From assembly GCA_964016885.1 (NCBI GenBank), contig OZ024741.1, positions 114,266,001 through 114,330,000 on the forward strand: a stretch of DNA of 64,000 nt, read 5' to 3'. The notes under the pieces are model-generated. The model was not told the origin of the DNA, searched no databases, and saw nothing but the letters and a program-made list of their open reading frames with translations. Each line of letters opens with the position of its first letter. Position 1 is the first letter of the stretch. The stretch comes from Eledone cirrhosa (taxonomy: Eukaryota). The translations under genes were made by a program, and so were the position numbers. Positions 12,085 to 25,000 of the stretch are shown one piece after another.

Positions 12085-12963
12085 ACACTCTCTACGCGGA
12101 GAGCTGGGCATGTCATGGCTGATGTTGCACAAACATGCACTGAGGGTACGGTATTATCAGATATTCCTAAATGGTGGACATATGTGGTCGTCGTTTGTGA
12201 GACAGGTCTTTCTGAAGTTCGTCTATCTAACTAAGCTGCGGTCATGGGTCAAGCGAAGACCGAGACTGGGCACCTGGCAGCTGGAGTATTACCAGGCTCT
12301 CACAGTCCTCTACCAGGTTGGCAATGTGGTCAGTGCAAATTCCACTCTAGAGTTCTATAGAAGACTAGTGGTGGGCAAGTGTGATGACCTCAGAGAATCT
12401 CTGGACACCGATGGAATCGAACTAATCAGTTTGTTCCGGTGAACTTTTGAGACGGGGACTATGGACAATTTCCATCAATCCCTGCTTGGCTGTGATACCT
12501 GGGTCACCGCCAGTTCGAGACAAACTCAGAGGCTCGGAAGTGCTGTTAGATGGACCTATCCGAGATGCGTGTAGACCGATGAAACACCGTTCTGCAGTGT
12601 CCGAGCTTTGTGAACTTGCGGATTTTTGTTGAACAGCTATCATGGCGTGTAGGACGAATCCGGCTATCAACCGACTCCATTGCGAAGATCTCCCCAGCGT
12701 CTTCTTTTGGCCGAGAATGGCAGGCAGTTTTCCTCTGTCTGGTGGCTGTAGCAAAAGAGGTTGTGCTGTGGACACGGCTGAAAGGACTGAAGACAGACAC
12801 TTTCCTCTTCGATCAAGCCCTCATCAGTGTTTTCAAGTTCCACCTAGAAAGGAAGGTGGGAGGGGAGACGGAAGTGCTGCTCCCCAGTACATTTGTCAAA
12901 AAATGGGTGAATGTAACGAGGATGACTCGAATTAATGGGCCTGCTCTGACCATGTGCCTGTAG
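12085..12963 (+). pseudogene. L1/Tx1-clade LINE ORF2 C-terminal remnant
   Basis: LGM.WLMLHKHALR, PVRDKL, degraded PRC..DE zinc knuckle, AVAKEVVLWTR; multiple frameshifts; GC-richer than flanks. Confidence 0.65.
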
Positions 12964-13252
12964 GCTGGAAAGTTTAGAGAAAAGAGTCACCCCTGTGGGG
13001 TTTCTAAACTACCACTGGAAGATGCTCTACCTATTAGAGAATTCTGTCGTTATTTATTTTATTGTTTATTGTCACCTGTTTTCCTTCTGTTTAGATTTCA
13101 CTACTTTTAGATTCTACATTCACACACACAATCCAATCAACTTATCATTTCACAATTATATGCGTGCCATCTGTAAAAAATACATTTATATGAATCCTCA
13201 TTGTCCCTGGTTTTTGTATTGTTCTCTCTGTTTCGGCCCCAGTGTCCGATCA

Positions 13253-13430
13253 CCGGTGGATTGGCAGTATCAGTAGAGGGTCGGACGCCATGCTCTCCAG
13301 CATAGTTACGTCCCTTTACGATCTGAGTTCAAATCCCGCCGAGGTTGACTTTGCCTTTCATCCTTACGGGGTCGATAAAATAAAGTACCAGTAATGCTGG
13401 CCTTGTGCCTAAAGTAGAAACAATTAATTA
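13253..13430 (+). mobile_element. Meta-domain tRNA-SINE
   Basis: A-box TGGCAGTATCAG, B-box GAGTTCAAATCC, Meta core. Confidence 0.85.
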
Positions 13431-14446
13431 TAGTTATTGTTTCTTTTTTGGCTTAGCTTTTCATTGTTGTTATATGTTGGATTGCTAGATAGCAGTTTGT
13501 TTTAAATATTTGTTGTTATATTTTTATCTTTCGTTTTCATATTCGTATTTCAAATTCTTTTTCTACATATTTAATCTTCCTTTCCCAATCATTTCTGATT
13601 TCCAAATCATTTCTGATGAAGACAAAAACCTTTTGGTGACAGCAAATACTAAAAACAAATTGTACACAGCTGAGACATATTTTTCATTGAATAATTCTAT
13701 GCTGTTCACGCAGTTGCTGAAGCCAATTTCTTTGTCGATAAAGTGGTACTTGTCTCAAGTGTTGTAAAAAAAAAATGATGTGTAGAACATCTCTGGAATA
13801 ATGACTTTTTATGTCACTGTTAAGCTATATATTGTAACATTTATATAATTTTGAAAAGTCCAATCGCATTGATAAATGAATAAAGTAGAAAATAGAAAAA
13901 TGATATTCACATGTTATTACGGTGTATTTGCGGAATTAAACCCCTTTGTGCTTTCTACATTTTGTCTTTACCAATTCAGAATGAGGGCATTGTATTCACA
14001 TGCCTCCATCTGATTTACTGCCTTTATTTAGGGCGAAACGGCTGTCAGGACATTCATTTAATGCTCTGGGCACACAAAATCTTTATGATTATAAGATTAT
14101 GGAGTTTGTTTCTTCACTCTACCACAGATAGTTTGTTTTCAGCTTCGCGCTGTTAATCATGTATCCACATACAGACACACACACTCACTAGCTATCTCTG
14201 TTAGTTTAGAGCTAGCAGATATATATACAAACATCAACAAAAGGTTAATAGATTTCACTACTTTTAGATTCTACATTCACACACACAATCCAATCAACTT
14301 ATCATTTTACAATTATATGCGTGCCGTCTGTACAAAATACATTTTCATTGTTCTACTGTACATGATTTGGGAGTAAATCATGCAACCAATAAAACATAAA
14401 CATTAGCGCTATTTTGTTCATTTGTGAATTCATATCATTATGAGTG

Positions 14447-14630
14447 GGCGGTGGATTGGCAGTATCAGTAGAGGGTCGGACGCCATGCTTTCCAGCATAG
14501 TTACGTCCCTTTACGATCTGAGTTCAAATCCCGCCGAGGTTGACTTTGCCTTTCATCCTTATGGGGTCGATAAAATAAAGTACCAGTAATGCACTGGATA
14601 ATTGCTGGCCTTGTGCCAAAAGTAGAAACA
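14447..14630 (+). mobile_element. Meta-domain tRNA-SINE with 10-bp TSD
   Basis: Full head, core and tail; ATTATGAGTG at 14437-14446 and 14631-14640. Confidence 0.9.
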
Positions 14631-14890
14631 ATTATGAGTGTGCAAAATTGTTTTCCCCCACGAAAATATTACATTTCCACAACAAACGACTACACACAAT
14701 AGTTTCATCAAACATGACATTACTTCACAGTAACAATTCTCTCAACTCACCGAGACACACATCACTCTCTTGCAATGGACTCGACCAACAAACCACTCAT
14801 TTAAAATCTTCAGCTCAACTTGTAACACCTAATACACCACCACAAATAAACCATGCAAGTAATCAAACAACCACAACAAACAAATATATA

Positions 14891-14965
14891 CAGGGGGTCC
14901 TCCCAAAATATATACACACTTTGATTACCTGGACAGGCAAATGTGTATACACTTTTGAGGACACC

Positions 14966-14968
<3 letters not shown>
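14891..14968. mobile_element. Tiny Tc1/mariner-type MITE
   Basis: TA-CAGGGGGTCCTCCCAAAATATATACACACTTTG ... CAAATGTGTATACACTTTTGAGGACACCCTA-TA imperfect TIRs. Confidence 0.65.
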
Positions 14969-14998
<30 letters not shown>

Positions 14999-15287
14999 GT
15001 CCTTCATCAGTGATCTTCCATTCCAACCTTCATTGGTATTTCATCATATATATATATATATATTTGTAAAAACAAACATACAAACAGAGAAATGGATGAC
15101 ACCCGGAGAGAGATGTGGACATAAATGTATGGCTATTTTCATGCCTGCATGAGCGTGCGGTCGCACACACACACACATATATATACGTATATATATACGG
15201 CCGATGGTAACTTCTTTTTGTGTCTTTAAGAGTCTTCACCCTATTTTATAAGCTATTTATAGCATCTCCGCGCAAGAGCATACCACA

Positions 15288-15723
<436 letters not shown>

Positions 15724-17537
15724 CCCGGGTTCAATCGGGAGTAACCACAGTAAGTAAGGTACTCACTACATAGCAGAATTTTAATATTTACTATAGAAAT
15801 TGCTTCTACAGGACTATAACTGCTTCATTCGAAGGAAATCATCAGGGCTTTCCTGAAAACTATTGTATATGAATTGTGTCTTTGAAAGAGTTGAAAAAAA
15901 AATCGGAATGAAAACCGTATTTTTGAAAGTGTTGAAAAACTTCCATATGAAAAGTAAGTTTTTCAAATTATCGAAAGAAAATCGGTATGAAAATTGTGTT
16001 TTTGAAAGTGTCGAAAAAAATTCTATATGAAACGTTTTGTGAAAGCTCGAAAAAAAATCTCAAGGAAAAGTGTCTTTATATAGAGTAATTTTTACATCAC
16101 TTTGAAATAAGTTTATATAAATTAAATTTGACTGTGCTTCCAAGGCATTCTTGGTGGTCGAGTGGTAAAATGTCTTCCAAATTGATTGGAAGCTTTATTT
16201 AGGGTTCAATCTCGGTTAGGATCGTATATCGTCAAATTTTTAAACCATTAAATTGGAAAATAGGTTTATAACAATGCTTTCAAGGCAGTCTCTTAGGTCA
16301 AGTGGTCAGACATGTAGTTAGACTGCTAAGATCCTGGTAGGATGTTCATTCTCAACTTGGTTCTTAGCTCACACGCTAGCATACACACAGACATGCACAC
16401 GCAGACACAGTGTTGAAAAAAGATGTATATGAAGTGTGTGTTTTTGAAAGTGTCGAAAACATTTCTATATGAACTCTTTGTCTTTCACAAAATACGCCTT
16501 CATACAGATTTTTACATCAATAAATAAAATAAAAATGAAAAGAATTGGATCCAGGCCACGCACGTGAGTTTGTGTGAGTGCAGGTCTGCGTGTGAGTGTG
16601 CTGTGTGTTCACGTCTGTATGAGACTATTTTGTCAAAATAAGTATAAATGTTGAAAGATATATTTAGCCAGAATTAGTTAGTGGTTATAAATCTAATAAA
16701 AGATATTGAAAAAATATTAAAAATTTGAGAACATTTTTTCTAAAAAATAATTTATAAGAGATAAGTAATTTTTCAAAAATAAGTAATTTTTAAAAAGAGA
16801 TAAAAAATTAAAGAAATAAAAAATAAAGAATTAAAAATTATTAAGATTAAAATTACAATTAAAATTAAAATTAAAATAAAAAAAAATTAGAATTATATAT
16901 GTATATATTTTATGAAGTGAAATTATAGCAAATGTTATAGATAACATTTATTAAATAAACAAAACGAGTTTTTCCCTATCTTCCCATTTTAAAATATATA
17001 AATATAAATATTCTTATTAACTCAGTTAATTTAATTTAACTTAATATTTACTTACATTAAGTACAAAACCAATATCCCTCATAACTCATTAAAACAATTA
17101 TCTATAACATGATATACCCATCTATTCATTTATTTATCTATTTATTTATTTATTTATCTATCTACTTATAACAGAAAATATTATATTAGAAACGAATTTT
17201 AAACAACTAATAATCGTAAATACACGTACTATTAGATACACACTTAGAATATATTTCCTCCAAATTAACGTTATATGAGTTTCATTCATCTTCTCTTGCC
17301 TATTTCTTCTCTCTATCTCTCTCGTAATATTTTTTATCTTTATCCCCTTATAATTTTTTCTCTCTCTCTTTCTCCATTGTCAATTAAATAAACGGTTGTT
17401 TTTCAATTATTTACATATTCATTTGCGTATTAACACATAAGTTTGAATAATCCCAAATATATTTCCTCTCTCCAGTGAATTCCAACCGATAAGGTATGAT
17501 TTTCATGAGTATGTCTCTATTTATAAAACAAACTTTG

Positions 17538-17602
17538 TATTTTATCTGATGAAAGCGTACCCATGTTGTCTTGGTTACCCTTGAAATATATATAATAAAA
17601 TA
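17538..17602 (+). ncRNA. Type I hammerhead ribozyme in pLTR (second copy 20697-20761)
   Basis: TATTTTAT-CTGATGA-AAGCGTACC..GGTTACCCTT-GAAA-TATATA-TA|ATAAAATA. Confidence 0.8.
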
Positions 17603-17779
17603 AATAGGGTTTTATAAATATAGTTTCCATTTATTTAATATCATTGAATATTTACTCCAGTATCTAAATCAGTTATAAACATTTATGTTTTTCGGACTTC
17701 CAACAAATTAAATACAACTTCTACTAATAAATAGCTCCTTTAAAGTTGAGCACTTTAAATTATAACTGATTGCTAAATA

Positions 17780-20010
17780 ATGGAATTCTTTAGGGTTTCT
17801 TCTTCTCTAAAAGATGTACCTTTACCTAAGAATAAGGACTATCTTAAACAACTCATTGAGAAATCTGACTCCTTTATACGAAAACTTAGATGGCGTGCCT
17901 TCCATTTCGATTGAAAATCAGATGAAAAAACAAATAAATCCAGTTACAACTTCGATATGATCTTCAAATCCAAGAAAAATCCACCTAACAACAAACTATT
18001 AATGAAATTTGAAAATGATATAATATCAATTATACAAAACATTAAATTCAAGAAAAACCAATTTGCAGGCCAGGAAAACCTTAAAGGCCTTAAGAATAAT
18101 ATAGACAATCTTGAAAAAACTGAGAAAATCCTCTTAAAATCTGACAAAACTAACAATCTATACGGAATGCAAAAGGACGAATACAATAACCTTATATTGA
18201 AATAACTAAGGAAAAACTACAAAATAACAACTAATGAAGATCTTGAAATGGTAAATAGAGAAGCTTCTGAAATAATTCACAAATAGGCATTGAAAATAGG
18301 ACCGAACTCTTTATACCTAGAAGACCAAAAATTAACCTGAAAGACCACAAAAGAAACTTTGAAATAGAACTACCAGTCAGACTTATAGAACCATCTAAAT
18401 TAGACTTACGCATAGTTAGTAAACATATATTAGATAGGATCATACCGCAACTTAAAGAAATATCTTACCTAAAACTATGGAACGGTACTAACGAAGTTAT
18501 AGATTGATTCAATAACATAAAATTTAAACATAACAAAAAATACATTCAATTGGATATTGCAAACTACTACTCCTCTATTACTCCTAATTTACTTAATAAA
18601 GCTCTGATCTATGCATCTAAACATACAGATTTATCTAGTGAAGAAATGTATATCATTTTAACCGCACGGAAAACTTTAATTGAATTCAACAATCATCTCT
18701 GGACTAGAGCCGATAGAAAAAATAATTTTGATATCACCATGGGATCATCAGACTCTGCGCAAATAACGGATCTTGTGGGGCTATTTATTAATAATACACT
18801 GCATAGAGAAATAGAAGAGATGACCGGTGGTTCATATCGTGATGATATGCTGCTTTTAATTGAAAATCATAGTAATTGTGAAATTAATAGAAAAAGAAAA
18901 TCCATAATACAATTCTTCAACAGCTACAACCTTAAGTTAGAAATAGAGAATAACTATACAATTGTTAACTTTTTAGACGTAACATTAAACCTTAACACAG
19001 GGCTCTACTATCCATTCCATAAAATTAAGGAGAATCTAAACTATGTAAGTTTTAACTCTAATCATCCTAGATCTATCAAGAACACTATTGTCAATTCTAT
19101 CCAACAACGTATTTCACGCATCTCCGCTAATAAAAAACATTTTTGACGATAAGGCAGAATATTATAATGAAGCTTTAAATAGAGCAGGCTATATAAATAA
19201 GATTAAATATATCGACAACAGTAATAAGGCAAATAACCCTACTATTAATTATAATTATAATAAAAAATCTAACTTAAACTCTAAAACTAACAGAAGAAAT
19301 AGAACTAGAAATATTATTTGGTACTCACCCCCATTCTCATTAAGAGTTAAAACACCTTTAGCAAAGCTATTCTTTAAAGTACTAGATAAATGTTTTCCTA
19401 AAGCCCAGAGATACCACTCAATCGTTAAAAGACATACTATAAAACTATCCCACTCTACTACTATGAACATAGCACAAAATATAAATAGAATCAATAATAG
19501 AAATTTAAACCCTAACCAAAATAATCAAAATAGCAGTAATATCTCTAGCAATATCCAACATAATAGTACCGTTCTAAATAACAACAACTCCGCAAAATGT
19601 AACTGTAGAATTAAATTAAACTGTCCTTTACAAAATAAGTGTTTAGATAAGGACGTGGTCTATAAATGTACAGTCAAAACCAGTGATAATATATTTAACT
19701 ATGTATTCTACAGAATTTAAAAATCACTGGAATAATCACAAATGCTCTTTCCGAAGATTTGATAAAAAAATCTTCAACTTCTCTTTCAAACCTGATATGG
19801 AACTTAAAATGTAAAAATATGGACTATTCATTAGTTTGGGAAATAATTTCAAAGCATCCATGTACCGAAACAGCTCTATCTAGATTCTGCAAATTGTGTG
19901 TTAAGGAAATTTTTTTCATACTTAAATGTAAGAACTCTATTAATCTAAGAACGAATTTATTTAATTCTTGTAGACATCGCCTGAATTCAACATTTAGAAC
20001 ATATATAAAT
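17780..20010 (+). pseudogene. PLE RT + GIY-YIG ORF with stops and frameshifts
   Basis: SLKDVPLP..LRWRAFHF, KSDKT, LKDHK, DIANYYSSI, FDITMGS, YRDD, NFLDV, CNCRIKLNCPLQNKC, VVYKC, CKLC. Confidence 0.88.
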
Positions 20011-20894
20011 TATAATTACACTTATAATATGTCTACTTATTTCCAAAACAATCTTATCCACTTGGTTTTAATATATTGATTTCTCTAAATCATATCTATC
20101 ACATTTGCTATAATTTCATTTCTTAAAGTTTCATAATATATACATATATAATTCTAATTTTTTAAAAATTTTAATTGTAATTTTAATCTTAATAATTTTT
20201 AATTCTTTATCTTTTTATTTCTTTAATTTTTTTATCTCTCTTTAAAAATTACTTATTTTTGAAAAATTACTTATCTCTTATAAATTATTTTTTAGAAAAA
20301 ACTTTCTCAAATTTTTAATATTTGTTCAATATCTTTTATTAGATTTATAACCACTAACTAATTCTGGCTAAATATATATTTCAGCATTTATACTTATTTT
20401 GACAAAATAGTCTCATACTAATGAATAAATAAACAAAACTGGAGTTTTTCCGTATCTTCCCATTTTAAAATATATAAATATAAATATTTTTATTAACTCA
20501 GTTAATTTAATTTTTTTCTCTCTCTCTTTCTCCAGTGTCATTTAAATAAACGGTTGTTTTTCAATTATTTACATATTCATTTGCATTTTCACACATAAGT
20601 TTGAATAATCCCTAATATATTTCCACTATCCAGTGAATTTCCAACCGATAAGGTATGATTTTCATGGGTATGTCTCTATTTATAAAACAAACTTTGTATT
20701 TTATCTGATGAAAGCGTACTAATTTTGTCTTGGTTACCCTTGAAATATATATAATAAAATAAATAGGGTTTTATAAATATAGTTTCGATTTATTTAATAT
20801 CATTGAATATTTACTCCAGTATCTATTGAGTCCTCTAAATCAGTTATAAACATTTATGTCTTTCGGACTTCCAACAACTTAAATACCACTTCTA

Positions 20895-20986
<92 letters not shown>

Positions 20987-21011
20987 AATGTAGCGCAGAA
21001 ATGCTGCAAGG

Positions 21012-21063
<52 letters not shown>

Positions 21064-21066
<3 letters not shown>

Positions 21067-21830
21067 ACGTGAAATAAGAAAATTATAAAAATTAACTGAC
21101 TTACTAAAATTTCACTCCAACTAATTAGTTTCTGAAAGGGAATAAACATGGTGTCCGATCGGAACAACATGGAGAAAAGTCCTTTCGTCATCAGGGAGAT
21201 CTATTCTCAGCTAAGTTCCCAGGCAATGCGTGGACACAGGGAACTTATACAAAAATAATTCAGTGGATGGAAAAAAGCAAGCGAGGACTAAATTCCAGGA
21301 CATTGAAAAAATCACTGCCTACTTGCTCGGTGGCAAATTCAAAAGAATCAATCACGTGTCATTGAGGTTAATCAGTGAGGAGTGGGGTGCTAATAAGACA
21401 GTTGCCTGACTATTACTATGAACCATAGCAGTAGTTTTGGCAAATTTTTGCTCAACAAAATAATTTGGAGATAATTATAAAGAATTAGTATATATACCAA
21501 CATATATATACAGATGCATACCTATGCTAGCGTGATTGATTCTTTTGAATTTGCCACCGACCAAGTAGGCAGTGATTTTTTCAATGTCCTGGAATTTAGT
21601 CCTCGCTTGCTTTTTTCCATCCACTGAACTATTTTTGTATAAGTTCCCTGTGTTCATGCATTGCCTGGGAACTTAGCTGAGAATAGATCTCCCTGATGAC
21701 GAAAGGACTTTTCTCCATGTTGTTCCGATCGGACACCATGTTTATTCCCTTTCAGAAACTAATTAGTTGGAGTGAAATTTTAGTAAGTAAGTTAATTTTT
21801 ATAATTTTCTTATTTTACGTCTTTCATATA
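21064..21830. mobile_element. Non-coding inverted pLTR pair of another PLE family in (TA)n
   Basis: ~21064-21358 is the reverse complement of ~21531-21825; each arm carries an HHR. Confidence 0.75.
21689..21772 (+). ncRNA. Type I hammerhead ribozyme (minus-strand copy 21115-21198)
   Basis: CTCC-CTGATGA-C-GAAAGG..CCTTTC-A-GAAA-CTAATTAG-TT|GGAG. Confidence 0.78.
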
Positions 21831-21938
21831 ATTGTTCTGCATCCCTTTGCATTGAACCACAAAGTTACTAAGACAAAACCTATATATTTGCTAGCATAGG
21901 TATGCATCTGTATATATATGTTTGTAGATATACTAATT

Positions 21939-21991
<53 letters not shown>

Positions 21992-22080
21992 CCTTACAGC
22001 ATTTCTGCGCTACATTACTTTCTTTATAGTTATATAATTACATATATTCTCATCGCTTCAAAAGCCAATACGGCTTTGTA

Positions 22081-22160
<80 letters not shown>

Positions 22161-22210
22161 ATTTATATATTAATATATATATCAATAATATTAATAAATG
22201 GAAACTATCT

Positions 22211-22266
22211 TTTATTATATATATTTCACGGGTACCAAAATGTTTGGTACGCCCTCATCAGATAAA
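22211..22266 (-). ncRNA. Type I hammerhead ribozyme in a solo pLTR (~22160-23280) related to PLE 1
   Basis: Reverse complement TTTAT-CTGATGA-GGGCGTACCAAA.ATTTTGGTACCCGT-GAAA-TATATA-TA|ATAAA; flanks resemble 17520-17650. Confidence 0.78.
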
Positions 22267-23279
22267 ATACAAAAGTTGTTTTATAGATAGTGACATATCC
22301 CAAAACAAGAACCTATCGTTTTATATTCTGTTTGAATAGTGAAAGAAATTCAAATCTTAGGATAAATATGTTAATGAGGATAACGTAAAGTTGAAAAAGA
22401 ACGTTATATTTAGACGCTAGGTAAATTTAAATAATTATTAGTATTATTGTTTAAGTGAAGAAGAGAGAGAGGTTAACATTAATATTAGGGTGTAAGAAAA
22501 TTTAAGGAAAGAATATAAGAAAAAAGTATATTATAGTTAGAAATAGACTATTATTATTAATGTTTTTCATGGCATGACTAAAAGCTGTGTAATTAAAATA
22601 ACAAAACCTATAGGAGGCCAGTTTACCTACATAAATGTAAACTATAAATTTCCTTTTTCTAAAAATTGCATTTCATGATAGGGGGCCCCCAATCCTATTA
22701 TTAAAAGCACACAAGAAACCTCATTAAAAAAATCATATATAAAATAATATATAAACTTTTTTACATATATTTTACATATATCTTAATTGAATATTTTTTT
22801 TAAAAGTAAATTCTAGAATAACCGGTAAATATAACTTAACTATTTTAACTAAGAAATATTGGAGTTATTTTTCCTTTATAATGTAACACGCTTACACATT
22901 TCTTCTAAGTAACTAAACTTTACATAAATATTAAAATCTTTTATATAATTACGTTAACTTCGTAAATTTTGTAAATGTGTTCCTATCTTGATGCAACTAT
23001 TGAATGTACACAATAATCTTCTATAATAAAATAGAACTACTTCCTTTTTCTTAAATATATATTGAAAATGTAAACAAGAAATTCATCGTAACTCTTCACA
23101 TATAAACAATATTTAAATTATCTATCTATTAATAAAAACAACATATATACTCATCAAAATTATTTATATAAATATTTATATAAATAACCTGTTGTAATAT
23201 AATAAAATAAAATATATTTACAACACGAATTCTTCATAAAATATATATATAAAGTACGACCTAGCCAATCCGCCGCCAC

Positions 23280-23384
<105 letters not shown>

Positions 23385-23883
23385 AATGAATAATAACAGG
23401 TAGACATCATAAAAAGGTAATTTATTCCGTGTGCTTACAAATGTTTCCACGGTGGTACTACAGCCTAGTAATGCTATGTGCAAATTTAGAAGTATTTGCA
23501 GAACTCAAATATCCAATGCTGTGACCACTGTATCCTCAGAGCAGAATGGTAAAATGTAAATACCCACAACAAAGAATGTAACTGTCATCTACTTGAAAGA
23601 TGTCCATTGAAGAATGAATGCCTAAAGTCCAACATTGTTTACCAATGCACGGTTGAATCGAACGACCAGAAATGGTATTATATCGGATCTACCACCACCT
23701 CGTTCAAATCTCGCTGGTACCGTCATCGATTCTCAATCAAACATCCTAATCACAGTTTTGTGACCACGCTCGCCAACAAGACCTGGCAACTCCGTGAACG
23801 CAACCAACAGTTCACCTTAAAATGGGATATACTTTCCAGCGCAAGTGCATATCGGAGTGGATTGAAGTACTGCAGGTTATGTA

Positions 23884-24049
23884 TCGGTAGAGGGTTGGAC
23901 GCCATGCTTTCTAGCATAGTTACGTCCCTTTACAGTCTGAGTTCAAATCCCGCCGAGGTTAACTTTGCCTTTCATCCTTACGGGGTCGATAAAATAAAGT
24001 ACCAGTAATGTACTGGATAATTGCTGACCTTGTGCCTAAAGTAGAAACA
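23884..24049 (+). mobile_element. Meta-domain SINE inserted in the upstream partial PLE copy, TSD GTTATGTA
   Basis: Empty site at ~27296; TSD at 23876-23883 and 24050-24057. Confidence 0.9.
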
Positions 24050-24660
24050 GTTATGTAACCTTGGACTCTTTTACATATTAAAATCCAAAAACAAACTACT
24101 TAACGATAGAATTGAACGATCATTATACTGCAACCACAAACTAAAAGCTAAATTCTTTCACTATAAAATAACTTAACATTCGAACCCGTAACTATAACAT
24201 CGCAGTCTAGCTAACCACCTTCTCTTCCCCCACACTAGAAGACAATACACTGCTTATCACTATAAATGGTAACTCAGTGCAATTCGTAGATTACTACTAC
24301 AAACCCAAAGTTCACTCACAACATAAACTTCGTCTGTCCCCTCTCTACCTCTCTCTCTACCTCCATTACACTCTCTCTCTCTCGCCTTTGGCCTACCTCC
24401 CTCTCCACATCTATGAACCTGCCCTCTGGGGCAATAAATAATTCAGACCTTAACTATCAACGCATCTCTCCAAAAGTAACCAGTATAATAAAACCCCTAC
24501 CATAACATTTTGATTAAGATATCTACAAACCACTCTCTCCTACTTCTCCAACCCCTGCATATCTTTCTCTCTCTCTCCCCTACTTTTCTCTCTTCCTTTT
24601 CTACTCTATCTTCCCCAACAACCCCACTTAAGGGTATTTACATTGTACATTTTACCATTC

Positions 24661-24772
24661 TGCTCTGAGGATACAGTGGTCACAGCATTGGATATTTGAG
24701 TTCTACGAATACTTGTAAATTTGCACATAGCATAACTAGGCTGTAGTACCACCGTGGAAACATTTGTAAGCA
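24661..24772 (+). ncRNA. Hammerhead ribozyme with 85-nt stem II (copies 27911-28022 +, 23432-23543 -)
   Basis: TGCT-CTGAGGA-TACAGTGGT-CACAGC..GCTGTAG-TACCACCGTG-GAAA-CATTTG-TA|AGCA. Confidence 0.75.
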
Positions 24773-25000
24773 CACGGAATAAATTACCTGTTATTATTCA
24801 TTCTTTATATACACTCCGGAATACAGAAGGATCAGGAACTAAGTTTCTTCAACAATTCTTCCATAACTCGTAGAGTAACCTCTCACCGTACGTCAACCAT
24901 ATCCAGTGTAGTAATTAACCATTACTACATCTTGGATAATCCTATACCTAATAATCGCCTCCTACACAGTTGAGCAACCACACCGACACACGGCATTAAT

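Larger units (their letters stand above)
10254..14364. repeat. ~760-bp direct duplication (10254-11016 and 13599-14364), third copy of its last ~100 bp at ~13092-13190
   Basis: Near-identical sequence; ORF-track peptides 10565 and 13911 are almost identical. Confidence 0.9.
16617..20897 (+). mobile_element. Hydra-clade-like PLE 1: inverted fragment + pLTR + ORF + pLTR, ending in (TA)n
   Basis: 16617-16941 is the reverse complement of 20095-20417; pLTR ~16950-17726 repeats at ~20428-20897; RT-GIY-YIG ORF between. Confidence 0.88.

Noticed and set aside
15811-15850. Minus-strand CTGATGA-TTTC-CTTC-GAAT-GAAG HHR-like motif
   Set aside because: GAAG instead of GAAA and no convincing stem I; at most a decayed ribozyme
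16140-16365. Two tRNA-like segments with A/B-box-like motifs
   Set aside because: No consistent cloverleaf; degenerate SINE heads at best, not tRNA genes
17905-17915. In-frame TGA codons in PLE ORFs as possible selenocysteine (as in Naiad PLEs)
   Set aside because: They are isolated, do not align with Cys in sister copies (for example GGA or TGG to TGA) and co-occur with frameshifts; ordinary decay
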